Shown one piece after another: positions 16,472 through 28,400 of a stretch of DNA of 64,000 nt. Within the stretch, counting starts at the first letter, position 1. Each line of letters starts with the position of its first letter. Made by a program: the position numbers and the translations under genes. The notes under the pieces were generated by a model. It was not told the DNA's origin, did no database searches, and saw nothing but the letters and a program-made list of their open reading frames with translations. Origin of the DNA: an uncultured archaeon (GTDB taxonomy: Archaea > Asgardarchaeota > Thorarchaeia > Thorarchaeales > Thorarchaeaceae); NCBI GenBank assembly GCA_964610875.1, contig CAZSWP010000014.1, forward strand, positions 1 through 64,000, given 5' to 3'.

Positions 16472-18202
16472 TTGGATGAACTGCAGGAATACATATTGAA
16501 AATGGTCTTGGAAAATGCAGTGAAATATGATGGCACGCCTCAAGTTAAGTCTGTTATGGGTGCCATTATGGGGTCGAGAGCGGATTTACGTTCACGTGCT
16601 TCCGAGGTAAAACAGCTGGTTCAAGAAACTGTAGATGACGTATCAAAAATGTCGGTTGAGACGCAAAGATCTGAGCTAAAGAGAGTTAGTCCTGAATCGC
16701 TGATAGAAGAGGAAACATCAGAACCTGAAGAAAAGGAGATGCCAGAGTTGCCCAACAGAGAAAAATGGGACAGTATTGTGATGCGTCTTGCACCATTTCC
16801 ATCAGGCCCACTTCATATCGGAAATGCAAGGATGGTTATTCTAAACGACCACTATGTGAAGCACTATGGTGGAAAGCTTATCCTTGTTTTTGATGATACT
16901 ATCGGCTCTGCAGAAAAACAAGTTGAACCTGAAGCATTTGACTTAATTCCTGAGGGTCTAGAGTATCTTGGTGTAAAATGGCATGAAACTGTATACAAAA
17001 GCGATAGGATGGACCTGTTCTATGATTATGCTGTAGATTTAATCAAGAAAGAAGAAGCCTATGTTTGTGATTGCGATGCTGGAGTCTGGCGGAATAAACA
17101 CAAAGTTTTGGGTATCCCTTGCAGTTGTCGGGGCCTGTCACTTGACGAGAACCTAGAACGATGGGAAAAAATGCTTGATGGTTCTTATGAAGAAAAAGAA
17201 GCTGCAGTTCGTTTGAAGACCGGAATGGATGACCCTGATCCAGCAATGAGAGACCATGTGATCCTTAGAATATCTGAGACCGATCATCCCCGCGTTGGCA
17301 CGAAATATCGAGTATGGCCTCTCCTAGAGTATTCATGGGGTATTGATGACCATGAACTCGGTGTGACACATATCATTCGAGGAAAGGACCTAGTTAAAGA
17401 AGGGAAGATTGAGCAACATATTTGGAATATTTATGAATGGAAACATCCTGAACTCATCTACTATGGTCGTCTTAAATTCCAAGATGCCACTCTTAGCAAA
17501 AGCAAGTCGCGGAAAGAAGTTATGTCCGGAATGTATTCTGGGTGGGAAGATCCACGTACATGGAGTATACAGTCATTGGAACGAAGAGGTATCCATCCAG
17601 ATGCTGTTAGAAAAGCCATGCTTGATTTGGGATTGAGCATTGTTGATATCTCAATATCCATGAAGAGCGTCTACTCTGAGAATAGAAAGCTTCGAGATGC
17701 TGATGCAATTAGATTCTTCTTTGTTCAAAACCCTGTATGGGTTGAACCTACTGGACTTCCTGAAGATGTATCTTCAGCTGAGGCTCCAATGCATCCGGAC
17801 TTCCCAGAGAAAGGTGTTCGTACGATTCCATTGATTAGAGATAAAGGGTTTGAACTTGGAATTGCAACTAGGGATTATGAGAGGATGGAGTTAGGATCAC
17901 TATTCAGATTGAAGGACTTGGCTAATTTTACTCTTATTGGCAAAACACCTCCCAGACTTGAATTCCACAGTTTGAGTGTGGATGACGTTAGAAACGCTGG
18001 AGGGTCTATTATCCATTGGGTGCCTAAACAAAATGGAGTTCCTATAGATCTTGTGCAAATTGATGGCACTATCGAAACTGGAATTGGTGAACCCGCTTTA
18101 GCTGATGTTGCTGAGGGTACGTTCTTACAATTCGAGCGTGTTGGTTTTGCCAGAATCTTTGAAGTTGGGGATACTATCAAGGCAGCTTTTGCGCACAAAT
18201 GA
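16472..18202 (+). CDS. gltX: Glutamyl-tRNA synthetase (archaeal type)
   Basis: RLAPFPSGPLHIGN, DDT, YKSDR, IDDHELGVTHIIRGKD, LSKSK, WEDPR, QFERVGF. Confidence 0.97.
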   Translation: MDELQEYILKMVLENAVKYDGTPQVKSVMGAIMGSRADLRSRASEVKQLVQETVDDVSKMSVETQRSELKRVSPESLIEEETSEPEEKEMPELPNREKWDSIVMRLAPFPSGPLHIGNARMVILNDHYVKHYGGKLILVFDDTIGSAEKQVEPEAFDLIPEGLEYLGVKWHETVYKSDRMDLFYDYAVDLIKKEEAYVCDCDAGVWRNKHKVLGIPCSCRGLSLDENLERWEKMLDGSYEEKEAAVRLKTGMDDPDPAMRDHVILRISETDHPRVGTKYRVWPLLEYSWGIDDHELGVTHIIRGKDLVKEGKIEQHIWNIYEWKHPELIYYGRLKFQDATLSKSKSRKEVMSGMYSGWEDPRTWSIQSLERRGIHPDAVRKAMLDLGLSIVDISISMKSVYSENRKLRDADAIRFFFVQNPVWVEPTGLPEDVSSAEAPMHPDFPEKGVRTIPLIRDKGFELGIATRDYERMELGSLFRLKDLANFTLIGKTPPRLEFHSLSVDDVRNAGGSIIHWVPKQNGVPIDLVQIDGTIETGIGEPALADVAEGTFLQFERVGFARIFEVGDTIKAAFAHK

Positions 18203-18268
18203 TACCAGATAATTCACAGCCAAAGAGAACAAATAGTAGTTTGCTAACCCCCTTTTAGGGATGTACTG

Positions 18269-19018
18269 ATGGCTAAGAAGAAGAAAAAAACACAATCTCT
18301 ATCTAAAACGCTCTTCAAGACAACTGGCAAAGATACAAAGATGAAGATAGATGACAAGAAGAAGAAACTCTATTATTTCAAACCAAAAGTGGATGAGGAA
18401 AAAGCTAAGAAGCTTGGTTCTGTTGATGGTGCAGAAATAATGGGTGTTTCTGAGGATTCATTGAAAGTAAGCAAACCTTCACTAAAATACGATTTCTACT
18501 GTATATATGATGCGACCGTTTACATGAAGTTTGTTCGAGTTCGTGATCAGGAGATTGGCGTTCAAGAACAGCTATTGGGTGCAATGGTTGGGAAAGAGGT
18601 TTTCATGCCTAAGAAAGGCAAAGAAATTCCGGGAAAAGCAATTTTTCTTGAAATCACTGAGTTATTCGAAATTGAAAACAAGGCCGAATTCATCATTGAT
18701 GGAAGCACTGGTTTTCCTGCGAGGACATTAGAAAAATTACTCAAAGGTCCGGGAAAGAAGAGAGCTACTCCTGCTTGGCTTCGAAAGGGTAAGATTACTT
18801 CTGGAAAATTGAACAGTGTCGAGAAGGTTGTGAAAGCTCTTGCCAAAGATGCAGGAAAAGCTCCGAAGGAAGCAAAACGTGTTGTGGAACATTCTTTGAC
18901 ATTCAATACATTGGATGGATTCTATGTCCCGACGTATTATGTAAACATCAGAGCTGGCGAACAGAAGAAGACAATGCGAATCAATGCAATAGATGGTAAT
19001 GTGGCTCTCAAGGTCTGA
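18269..19018 (+). CDS. Hypothetical Lys-rich protein
   Basis: Long clean ORF, very basic, C-terminal FYVPTY...INAIDG; no family assigned. Confidence 0.7.
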   Translation: MAKKKKKTQSLSKTLFKTTGKDTKMKIDDKKKKLYYFKPKVDEEKAKKLGSVDGAEIMGVSEDSLKVSKPSLKYDFYCIYDATVYMKFVRVRDQEIGVQEQLLGAMVGKEVFMPKKGKEIPGKAIFLEITELFEIENKAEFIIDGSTGFPARTLEKLLKGPGKKRATPAWLRKGKITSGKLNSVEKVVKALAKDAGKAPKEAKRVVEHSLTFNTLDGFYVPTYYVNIRAGEQKKTMRINAIDGNVALKV

Positions 19019-19042
19019 GATTCCTCCTTGAGCTAGGATGGA

Positions 19043-20620
19043 CTAGTCATCAGTCCATCCCCAGCCCCCACCACCCGGTGTTTCAATTTTTACAATAGAC
19101 CCCTTTAGGGTCTTCACAGTGGTTTTTGCTTCTAGTTTGAATTCACGATTATCATAGATTAATAGGTTTCTTCCGGGTTTTCCTGGCATTCCTTCTTTCA
19201 AACCCCAAGGTGCTTTCTCTCGACGTTCAGATTGTATTGAAGCATAGCAATCATCTGACAAAATTTGAATCTCTCTAATTATGCCATCACCGCCATACCA
19301 TTTCCCTTTTCCTCCACTTGCTTTACGTATTGAATACTCTATTACCCTCAATGGATATTCTATCTCGAGTGCTTCAATGGGAGTGTTCAGTGTGTTTGTC
19401 ATATGACTATGTACACCCGCGGTCCCTGCATAGTTTTGCATTGCTCCAACACCACCCCCTATTGTTTCATAGAAGGAAAATTGCTCTCCTGTTCCATGGT
19501 GTATTCCTCCAATAGTAAGGTTATTCATTGTTCCTTGACTGGCTGCAGGAATCTTCTCTGGAATTATCTTTGCTAATGCTCCTAGAGTAGTGTCCACTAT
19601 TCGCTGTGTTGTTTCAACATTACCTGCTGAAACCGCTGCTGGTGGGTTCGGGTTTAGGAGTGAACCAGGGGGAATATTGACACGTATTGCTCTCCAGCAA
19701 CCTTCGTTTGATGGGATATCGTATCCAAAGAGTGCAATGAATACATAATATACAGCAGACAATGAAGATGCTAATGGACAGTTAATATTTCCACTCACCT
19801 GTCTACTTGTACCTGAGAAGTCTACTTCCACACCATCTGATGTGAACTCCAAGCTGACCCTAATTGGGATTTTCCACTCTCCTGCTCCATCGCTATCCAT
19901 GATGTCTTCAAAAGATGCTTTTTCACCAACTAATGGGCTGACAGCATTCATCATCCTTTTTTCGGAATACATTATGAGATTCTGAAATGAGGTTTCAATG
20001 GTCTGCCATGAGTGGGCCTCTCCAATCTCAAGCAGATTTCTTCTTCCCACATTATTTGCAGCAATTTGTGCTGACAAGTCCCCCAATCTTTCTTTAGGTG
20101 TTCTAGTGGAATCCAAAAGGTCTACAATTGCTGATGTGTCCAAAATACCTTTTTTCACAACAATCCTGGGTTCAATAATTACACCTTCTTCGTCAATTGA
20201 AAGTGAGAGTCCGGGCATGGACCCAGGGCTTATACCGCCTATATCTGCATGATGTGCCCTGTTGGCAGTAAATCCTCTCAACTTTCCATCTCGGAAAATT
20301 GGCGACACCAATGTTAGATCAGGCAAATGGGATCCTCCCGAATATGGGTCATTGACTAATGCCATAGTGCCTTCTCTAAGTTCAAGTCCCAATGTATTGA
20401 TACAGCTCTTTACTGAGAGTGGCATTGCTCCAAGATGAACGGGAATGTCCTTGGATTGAGCAATCAATTGTCCTTTTGAATCGAAGACTGCGCTGCTACA
20501 ATCTCTTCTCTCTTTTATATTTGGACTGAATGCCGTTCTACGAAGAGCCTGACTCATCTCCCGGGCAACAGAGATGAGTGCATTCTTTATAACCTCAAAT
20601 GTTACAGGGTCTTCAATCAT
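19043..20620 (-). CDS. Hydantoinase B / 5-oxoprolinase subunit B
   Basis: RTAFSPNIKERRD, IPVHLG, NDPYSGGSHLPD, AHHADIGG, QGTMNN, YETIGGG, TPGGGGWG. Confidence 0.93.
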   Translation of the reverse strand: MIEDPVTFEVIKNALISVAREMSQALRRTAFSPNIKERRDCSSAVFDSKGQLIAQSKDIPVHLGAMPLSVKSCINTLGLELREGTMALVNDPYSGGSHLPDLTLVSPIFRDGKLRGFTANRAHHADIGGISPGSMPGLSLSIDEEGVIIEPRIVVKKGILDTSAIVDLLDSTRTPKERLGDLSAQIAANNVGRRNLLEIGEAHSWQTIETSFQNLIMYSEKRMMNAVSPLVGEKASFEDIMDSDGAGEWKIPIRVSLEFTSDGVEVDFSGTSRQVSGNINCPLASSLSAVYYVFIALFGYDIPSNEGCWRAIRVNIPPGSLLNPNPPAAVSAGNVETTQRIVDTTLGALAKIIPEKIPAASQGTMNNLTIGGIHHGTGEQFSFYETIGGGVGAMQNYAGTAGVHSHMTNTLNTPIEALEIEYPLRVIEYSIRKASGGKGKWYGGDGIIREIQILSDDCYASIQSERREKAPWGLKEGMPGKPGRNLLIYDNREFKLEAKTTVKTLKGSIVKIETPGGGGWGWTDD

Positions 20621-22649
20621 GAGAGAGCCTCCGTACCCAAATTCTTCCTCGTTTATTCTCCATTACTTTCCAACCTGGTGAAACATAGGTTGTTGTGTCA
20701 ATTTGTTCTATGATCAAAGGTCCATCGATTTCTGTATCGACCACGAACTCATCTCTTCTGTATACAGGAACTTCAAGTCGTTCTCTGCTGTCGAGTACAA
20801 TCTCTCTCCATGAATTCATCTTATCCTCTGATTTTAGTGCATGTTCTTCTCTCTGTACTCTTGCTTGTGATGATTTTGAAACAACTCGTGCAGTGACCCA
20901 TTCAATCTCCTTATTCTCAAGGTGGTATCCATATGCTTTCTCGTGCTGATTTTCAAAAGCCATCAATGATTTCATGATTCCATTTGAAATGTCTTTGATA
21001 GGTACTGCAATTTCATGTGACTGGCCCACATATCTCATGTCAATCCAGAGTTCATGAGAGATTGTTCCTCCCTTACATCCTTGGTCCAATAGTCTCTGTG
21101 TATTCTCCTCCACAAGATTTTGTAAGACATCTACTGTCATCGTTTCATGGGATTGTGTTGCTTTTTCGATTATAGACAGCATAGAATCGACTCTTAAATC
21201 AGCACATACTAAACCCAATGCAGAAGTTATACCTGGATGCTTTGGAATGAGGATTGAATCGATATCAAGCTGCTCAGCAATATCAACGGCTTGTGTCGGC
21301 CCAGCTCCTCCAAACGGAATGAGAACAAACTCTCTTGGGTCTCTGCCTCTTTCAACGGTGACTTCTCGGATAGCTTGTACCATGTTCGATGTTGAGATAC
21401 GAATGATTCCCAGAGCAGTTTCATCTAGATTAAGACTCAAATTTGAACCTATTCTCTTGATAGATTTCTCTGCTAGTCCATAGTCGAGCTTTAGTCTTCC
21501 GCCTACGAAATATTCTGGGTTCAAACGACCAAGCACTAGATTTGCATCAGTAACAGTGGCTTCATCGCCTCCTTGTGAATAAGCTGCTGGTCCCGGAATC
21601 GCACCTGCACTTTGAGGGCCAACATGGAGAATCCCAACATCATCTATCCAAGCGATACTTCCTCCACCTGCTCCTATGGTCTTTACATCCACTGATGGAA
21701 TCCTTAGAGGGAGTCCCCCAATCTCATTGTCTGGTCGGACAACAATCCCCCCTGATAATGCGCTAATATCACAACTTGTTCCCCCCATGTCGAACGTAAT
21801 AGCATTATGTACTTCTTCCCGTTCTGCAACATACCATCCTCCAATCACTCCTCCAGCTAGACCGGAAATTGCCAAACCCACTGCATGCCCTTCTGCCATT
21901 GAACATAGCATAGTTCCTCCATTTGACTGCATGACAGTGACTTGTGCATTCCTACAGTAATTTGATAATGTTCTCTGTAAGTTTTCGAGGTATCCGACCA
22001 CCAATGGACCAAGATAGGCTTCTAACACTGTAGTCGAGGTTCTTTCAAATTCCCTGAACTCTGGGAGTATATCTGAAGAAGCAACTACATAGCTATCAAA
22101 TTCATCATTGAGAGATTTTAGAATTTTCTTTTCATGATTAGGATTCAAAAATGAGAAGAGTAGTGAAATTGCCACAGCTTCTGGTTTTTGCTTGCGTAGA
22201 GATTCAATGATTTTGTCTACATCCTCATTACTTAATTCCTGAATTACAGAACCCGTTGAGTCCAGACGTTCCTTTATTCCAAATCGAAGGTTTCTCGGCA
22301 CGAGCGGTTCAGGTTTCCGAGCTAAGAAGTCGTAGATCTCTGTTCTATTCTGCCTTCCAATCTCTAAGACATCTTCAGTGCCCTTGGTAGCGATGAGGCA
22401 AGTCCGTGCACCTTTTCTTTCAAGCATCGCATTTGTGGCTACCGTAGTTCCATGAACAATGAGATTAATTTCATCAGGGTGGACCTTTTCTCTTGATAGA
22501 ACTTCTTTGATACCTTCCACTACTGCAATGTCCTGTGAACCTGGTGTTGAAGGCAGTTTATGAATCTTTGAAATTCCTGTTTCTATATCAAGCACTATTA
22601 TGTCAGTAAAAGTGGATCCAACATCGATTCCTACTACTTTCATTTTCAA
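20613..22649 (-). CDS. Hydantoinase A / 5-oxoprolinase subunit A (ATP-dependent)
   Basis: GIDVGSTFTD, HGTTVATN, EFERTSTT, DMGGTS, IGAGGGS, TVTDAN, FGGAG, MRYVGQ. Overlaps the B subunit. Confidence 0.93.
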   Translation of the reverse strand: MKMKVVGIDVGSTFTDIIVLDIETGISKIHKLPSTPGSQDIAVVEGIKEVLSREKVHPDEINLIVHGTTVATNAMLERKGARTCLIATKGTEDVLEIGRQNRTEIYDFLARKPEPLVPRNLRFGIKERLDSTGSVIQELSNEDVDKIIESLRKQKPEAVAISLLFSFLNPNHEKKILKSLNDEFDSYVVASSDILPEFREFERTSTTVLEAYLGPLVVGYLENLQRTLSNYCRNAQVTVMQSNGGTMLCSMAEGHAVGLAISGLAGGVIGGWYVAEREEVHNAITFDMGGTSCDISALSGGIVVRPDNEIGGLPLRIPSVDVKTIGAGGGSIAWIDDVGILHVGPQSAGAIPGPAAYSQGGDEATVTDANLVLGRLNPEYFVGGRLKLDYGLAEKSIKRIGSNLSLNLDETALGIIRISTSNMVQAIREVTVERGRDPREFVLIPFGGAGPTQAVDIAEQLDIDSILIPKHPGITSALGLVCADLRVDSMLSIIEKATQSHETMTVDVLQNLVEENTQRLLDQGCKGGTISHELWIDMRYVGQSHEIAVPIKDISNGIMKSLMAFENQHEKAYGYHLENKEIEWVTARVVSKSSQARVQREEHALKSEDKMNSWREIVLDSRERLEVPVYRRDEFVVDTEIDGPLIIEQIDTTTYVSPGWKVMENKRGRIWVRRLSHD

Positions 22650-22775
22650 TTTCTGGAGTTCACACAGCTAGATATGAAGCCTTGGGCAAGGTAAGCTGTT
22701 ATCTATATACATAACTGTCCTATTACATAATTGTTAATTGGAAAGAATCTTGTTCTGGAAACCTGAGGTCTGAAA

Positions 22776-23954
22776 ATGGAACCACGTTTCTCATCAGTTC
22801 TTGTTCGCTTTGGAGAGATAGCTCTGAAGTCCAATCAGACAAGACTGCGAATGACAAAGATGTTGGTTGATAATATCAACGCTGCGCTAACAAAACGTGG
22901 TATCCCTTTTGATAGAATACGACGTGATTTTGGCAGAATCTTTGTTGAAACGGATTCGGTTGATGATGCAGTAGAAGTCATTGCTACCGTTTTTGGTGTT
23001 GTATCATGCTCACCTGTTGTTGAAACAAATAGTGATTTTGATAATATCATCAATATTGGTCTAGCCATCGCAAAAGGGGAGTTTCAAAGAGACCTTAGCT
23101 TCGCAGTCGGAGCCAGACGTTATGGTAAGCAGGATTACTCTAGTCAAGATATTCGTGAGCAACTTGGTGCAGCAATTCTTGAAGAACTCTCTACACATAA
23201 TTTGAGTGTCAATCTTGACGGTCCTGACCAGAGTATCTATGTAGAAGTAAGAAAAGAAAAGGCGTACATATTCACAAAGACAGTTGATGGATTTGGTGGA
23301 ATGCCCACAGGCACGCAGGGGAAGGTTGTCTGTACAATCTCCACTGGTCTTGACAGTCCTGTTGCTGCCTTCAAAGTTATGAAACGTGGATGTATTCCAA
23401 TTCTCGTTTATTTTGATAACACTCCTCATGCTGAAGGTGGTTGTGAAGAACGAGCCTTGAAACAAGCTCAGAAGTTGGCTGAATATATTCCAAACCATGA
23501 AGTGAAGTTCTATATTGTTCCTCATGGTCCAGATCTAAATGACATCGTCGAAAACATACCAGAGAAAATGACATGTGTTTTTTGCAAGCGAAATATGCTA
23601 AAACTAGCCCGTGAAATTGCACTCATTGAAGGAGCCGATGCTATTGTCACAGGGGAGATAATTGGCGAACAAGCATCACAGACAACACAAAATCTTCGAG
23701 CTATTGGAAATGCAGTGTGTGATATTCCTGTGCTTCGACCACTTGCTGGCGATGATAAGGTCGACATCGAACATCTCGCTTCCAAAATTGGGACTTACCA
23801 GTTTGCTTCAGATGCCCCAACATGTTGTTCCTTGCCTCCTAAGTATCCGATAATTCGCGCTGATTATAAAGAAGTAATTGATTTGGATAGTAAATTAGAT
23901 ATTAGCATAATCTCTGAAGAGGTTAAGAACTCGAAAATCTACATTCTAGACTGA
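22776..23954 (+). CDS. thiI: tRNA 4-thiouridine synthase ThiI (THUMP + PP-loop)
   Basis: RFGEIALK, GGMPTGTQGK, STGLDSPVA, CVFC, TGEIIGEQASQT, RPL, CC. Confidence 0.93.
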   Translation: MEPRFSSVLVRFGEIALKSNQTRLRMTKMLVDNINAALTKRGIPFDRIRRDFGRIFVETDSVDDAVEVIATVFGVVSCSPVVETNSDFDNIINIGLAIAKGEFQRDLSFAVGARRYGKQDYSSQDIREQLGAAILEELSTHNLSVNLDGPDQSIYVEVRKEKAYIFTKTVDGFGGMPTGTQGKVVCTISTGLDSPVAAFKVMKRGCIPILVYFDNTPHAEGGCEERALKQAQKLAEYIPNHEVKFYIVPHGPDLNDIVENIPEKMTCVFCKRNMLKLAREIALIEGADAIVTGEIIGEQASQTTQNLRAIGNAVCDIPVLRPLAGDDKVDIEHLASKIGTYQFASDAPTCCSLPPKYPIIRADYKEVIDLDSKLDISIISEEVKNSKIYILD

Positions 23955-24011
23955 ATTAGTATAGAAGAAATCTTATCAGGATTTTAACACGTTTATCTGT
24001 TTCAATAAAAG

Positions 24012-24074
24012 CCTTTAAATACCTCTTTGACTCGATTGACAGTTATACGGGGTTTTTAAAAGCCCTGAGAGGTG
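24012..24074 (+). promoter_or_regulatory. Histone gene promoter and leader: TATA box, 5' hairpin, SD
   Basis: tttaaata at 24014-24021 preceded by a purine-rich BRE-like stretch; hairpin cggggtttt/aaagccctg at 24048-24067; gaggtg at 24069-24074. Confidence 0.55.
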
Positions 24075-24082
24075 TAATATAT

Positions 24083-24319
24083 TTGCCACGTTCTAGAAAG
24101 GACAGAATTATCCCAGTAGCTCCGATTGACCGACTTATCAGAAAAGCTGGAGCGGATCGAGTAAGTGACAAAGGTGCTGAAAGGTTAGCTCAGATTCTCG
24201 AAGAGATTGGAGAATTTCTTGCCAAAATTGCTTTTGAACTGACAGAACACACTGGAAGAAAGACCATTACTGACAAGGATATTGACTTGGCATACAAACA
24301 GTGGAAACGAACTATGTAA
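24083..24319 (+). CDS. Archaeal histone (HMf-type fold) with a short basic N-terminal extension
   Basis: IPVAPIDRLIRKAGADRVS...A.ELTEHTGRKTITDKDIDLA; TTG start with strong SD. Confidence 0.95.
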   Translation: MPRSRKDRIIPVAPIDRLIRKAGADRVSDKGAERLAQILEEIGEFLAKIAFELTEHTGRKTITDKDIDLAYKQWKRTM

Positions 24320-24401
24320 TTCGTTTCTGAAAACAATGCAATCTGCGGTGCATATATTACTCGGTAGTTTAATTCAGGGATGTTAGGAGTGACTATCTCA
24401 T

Positions 24402-25085
24402 TTGTGTGCTAATAGAGTAAGAGATGGAGTAGTACTCATCTCTGTGCATGACATCATACCATCTGCTGAGAATGATGTTGTGAGTACTCTTGACTGGTTG
24501 CAGGAAATTGGGATTGCAAATCCGACACTTCTAATCACACCATTTCATTCAATGAAATCTGCAAATAGTTTTGAGAAATGTCCTCTGTTCATAGAGTATC
24601 TTCTATCCTTGAGAAATGAGATTTCTTTACACGGCTATTCTCACCAAACAAAGTCTGGTTCACCAGCAGAATTTCAACGAATGCCACGAGAACGAATGCA
24701 ATCTAGATTACTTCTTGGAATCACATTGATGAAAAAGTACTTCAAAATACGACCTTATGGGTTTATACCTCCAATGTGGTTAGCACCTAAAGGACTGGCA
24801 AAAATTTTTGAAGAACTTGGAATGAAATATATTGCAATAGGCAGTGAGATCCACTTTGCTGGCGCATCAGCTCCGCTAAGTGCTTCGTCCTTGATTATCA
24901 GTCAAGGTGTCAACCGTCTGAATTTATCCGATGTCACGCTTGAATTAGAACTCGGTGGATCAATACAATTGGCTATCCATCCCTTAGACCATAGGTCGGA
25001 CAAGATGAGATCCTTCGTTCACGACCTTATTGATAGATTAGACTATGAATTCATGCCCTATGGGCAGTACCTCAAAATTCATTGA
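24402..25085 (+). CDS. Polysaccharide deacetylase-like (DUF2334-type) protein
   Basis: ISVHDI, LHGYSH, GFIPPMW, LAIHP. Confidence 0.78.
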   Translation: MCANRVRDGVVLISVHDIIPSAENDVVSTLDWLQEIGIANPTLLITPFHSMKSANSFEKCPLFIEYLLSLRNEISLHGYSHQTKSGSPAEFQRMPRERMQSRLLLGITLMKKYFKIRPYGFIPPMWLAPKGLAKIFEELGMKYIAIGSEIHFAGASAPLSASSLIISQGVNRLNLSDVTLELELGGSIQLAIHPLDHRSDKMRSFVHDLIDRLDYEFMPYGQYLKIH

Positions 25086-25413
25086 AGCAATTTCGGCTTG
25101 CTCATTAATAACTAGTAAAACTATCCGCAGGTATGTACAACGTATGTATATCTATTGTTTTGTTTCGATTGCTTTCTGGTTGCTTGAGTAGTTAGTCTCA
25201 GGTCTCTTATGTGAATGGAGAATGTGGTGTATTGTTAGTAATTCATACATGTTCCAAAAAATCGGCAGCTCTGTCAACACATAGAAAGAGTCTGCCCAAC
25301 AATGATTATTATACACTCCCTATCACTTTCACTACTAGACGTGAGACCATATCTTACACCACTTGTGTGTTGAGGAAAGGTTCGCAACCAGAAATGTATC
25401 GAGGTCAGTCCAA

Positions 25414-28400
25414 ATGAAACGACTCAGTATTATTGCTGTACTATTCATACTTGCATTCATGCTTCCAATGACAACAACGCTACCTGTTGTTACAAATAAT
25501 CCAAATCAAGAAACAATTACTGAACAAGATGACATGAAAAGCAGGTATGCCGTTTCTGACATATCCTCTGGAGGAGGTATGACTCTACCTGTCACAATGA
25601 CGGGTACGTTGACCAATACATATGATGGCCAAATGGTCATTGATTCATCAGATTCAGGTGAAACTACAATAACAACGACTGATGGCTGGACTGGTTCAAA
25701 TCTCGATTCTAGTATTAATGACCTTTCGCTGACAATTGATAATACTCTAGAGAATGGTAAACTCGATGATTATCATAATGAGAAATGGCTCATTAGCGGC
25801 TATGAAAGCGAAGATGTGGGAGTTCCCAATTCATGGACGCTGACCAAAGACATCTCAGGTGGCGGTTCAACACATCCGCATTACGGAACATTTGAACTAA
25901 ACCGTTTTGCTGGCTCAGGCTATCAGAATTCAGAAGGGTGGCGTTTTGATGCGGATTGGAGTAGTGGAACAAATATTGGCGCAGGGGATACTATCTACAT
26001 TAGCCAGATGGTTTCTTTGCCATATAGAGACATCCAATCTGCAACACTCTCATTTTACTATAACGTTGATTCAGCATCCTCAATGCGTGATGACGTGTTT
26101 GTATTCGTAAGAATTGCAGGATATGAAACCGAGTTTCATGTATTCGAGTCTGGGGATACAACCAGTTCTTGGTTACAGACATCTGTTTCACTGACCAGCG
26201 GACAACTAAACACAATTTCTCTTCCTGATTCTGTTCTTGTAGAGATTGGAATTGCTACTGACCTCTCTGGCTTTCAATCAAATTCTCGCACCTACCATGT
26301 GTATCTTGATGAAATCCAGCTTTCGACAGATGTACGTCCATTCCCCGAGCAGGTAGGATTGAAAGCAAATGGGACATTGGTGCAAGGAGCAATTGAAGGC
26401 AGTATCTACAATTATGTTCCAGATGATTCAAATCGGGATGCCTACGATGATAATACCAATGGAATAGATCTCAACGGATACAACAATAATGGTCAGTTGG
26501 ATGTTGGGATTTGGAGTAATGATGGAACTTGGCCAAATGCTTTTACATTTCAAGTCGGTATGCAGTTTCCTCTCACAATCCCACAAGGTGCTGCAATTAC
26601 TTCTGCTTGGGTTGAAGTTGAAGCGGCAACTTCCTCAAATACTCCTGATATGCGTATCTATATTGCTGGAGAGGATACATCATCTCAACCTATTACTAAT
26701 TTCACATCAGGTACACCTCATATGGAAGACAGATACAATTGGGTCGACACAAGTATTGATTGGGATGTTTCTGGATGGACTTCTCCTGTCACGATTCGTC
26801 AAAAGACTCCAGATCTATCAGGTCTGATTCAAGAGATAGTGTCATCTAGCTCTTGGAATGAAACGTATTATGTCTGTGTGATGCTTGATTACATGTATTC
26901 ATCAAGCAATCAAGCCTACAATACAATCAAAGGCTCATCAAATTATGCACAGAATGAACTCGCACGTCTCTTTGTGGAGTATATGATCCCTCTCCCTGAG
27001 GATGAAGTAACAACATTTGCATATGAAAAGGATATAACAATCGACCAGTCGATGGTCGCCGGTCCTCTAACTGATTTTCCTGTGATGATTAATATAACCG
27101 ATAGCGACCTAAAATCCAAAGCACAATCTGATGGAGATGATATTGCATTCAGTATCGATGGAAAAGCAGTCGATTTCGAAATTGAATACTATGACCCCGA
27201 ATATAGCGTATCTGAAGCTCACCTAGTCGCGTGGGTAAAAGTACCATATCTCTCAAGTTCGAGTGATACAATAATTACGATGCATTATGGAAATCCTGAT
27301 GCTCGACCTATGAGTTCAACGGCCGTTTGGGATGGCTATGAAACCGTACACCATCTCAATCACGATCCGACGGGTGTTACTTACGATAGTACTGCAAACA
27401 ATCATGATGGTACATCTTATGGCTCGATGACGAGTGATGATTTAACTACTGGATTGGTTGATGGTGCAGTTGATTTTGATGGAAGCGATGATGTAATTAG
27501 CATAGGTCAAATAGAAACTGATTCGTGGAATTCATTTACTCAGAGTATCTGGGTATACAGAGATACTGCAACTGACTGTCGTGTCTTTTCAAAATCTTAT
27601 ACTACATCAGCAAATCAACACATTCTCTCGACTCGTATAGATACAAATAATGTTCTTACTGTTCGACTATGGACTGACGGAACTGGTGGTTCTGGAGCGT
27701 CTTACAGTACTGGTGCTACTGTTTCATTGAATCAATGGCACCATATAGTCTGGTCTTGGGATGCTTCTACTGGTAATGTTATTGTATACGTAGATGGTAA
27801 TCTTGCATATAGCACGACTCATGATGGAGATACGATTTATAATGCAGATGAGATGTTCACGATTGGTAATGTATATGTTGAAGCAGCTAGGAATACCAAT
27901 GGCACGCTTGATGAGGTGAGGTTGACCCAGAGTGTATTAACTGAAGATTGGATTGATACTGAGTATAACAACCATTTGAATCCATCATCCTACATATCTG
28001 TTGGTTCTGAGAGGTCTGTTCGTGATACCTGGAGTGATGATGATCAAGCAAAACTTGTGATGAGCACAACCTCTCCTGACCCTGTAACACTTGACATAAT
28101 GATGACTATGGATATAGAGGGTTCAGGTCAATCCCTCGATGAGAATATGGAACCCGGTTCAACTTACTACATGACAAATGGTAGTGCCATTGTTGATTGG
28201 GTGGCGCATGTCCTCATTTCACCTCCTGCTGAAGCAACTTCAATGATGGCTGAAATTGCGTACCCAATGACTGAGTGGAACCCCACTAAAATTCTCGACC
28301 CCTTGAGCATCGAGCTCACATACGGAACTGATTGGACATTCGATGGTGGTATCATAAGCATCTCTCTCAATACAGCTGGTATATGGGGCGTGTACGAACT

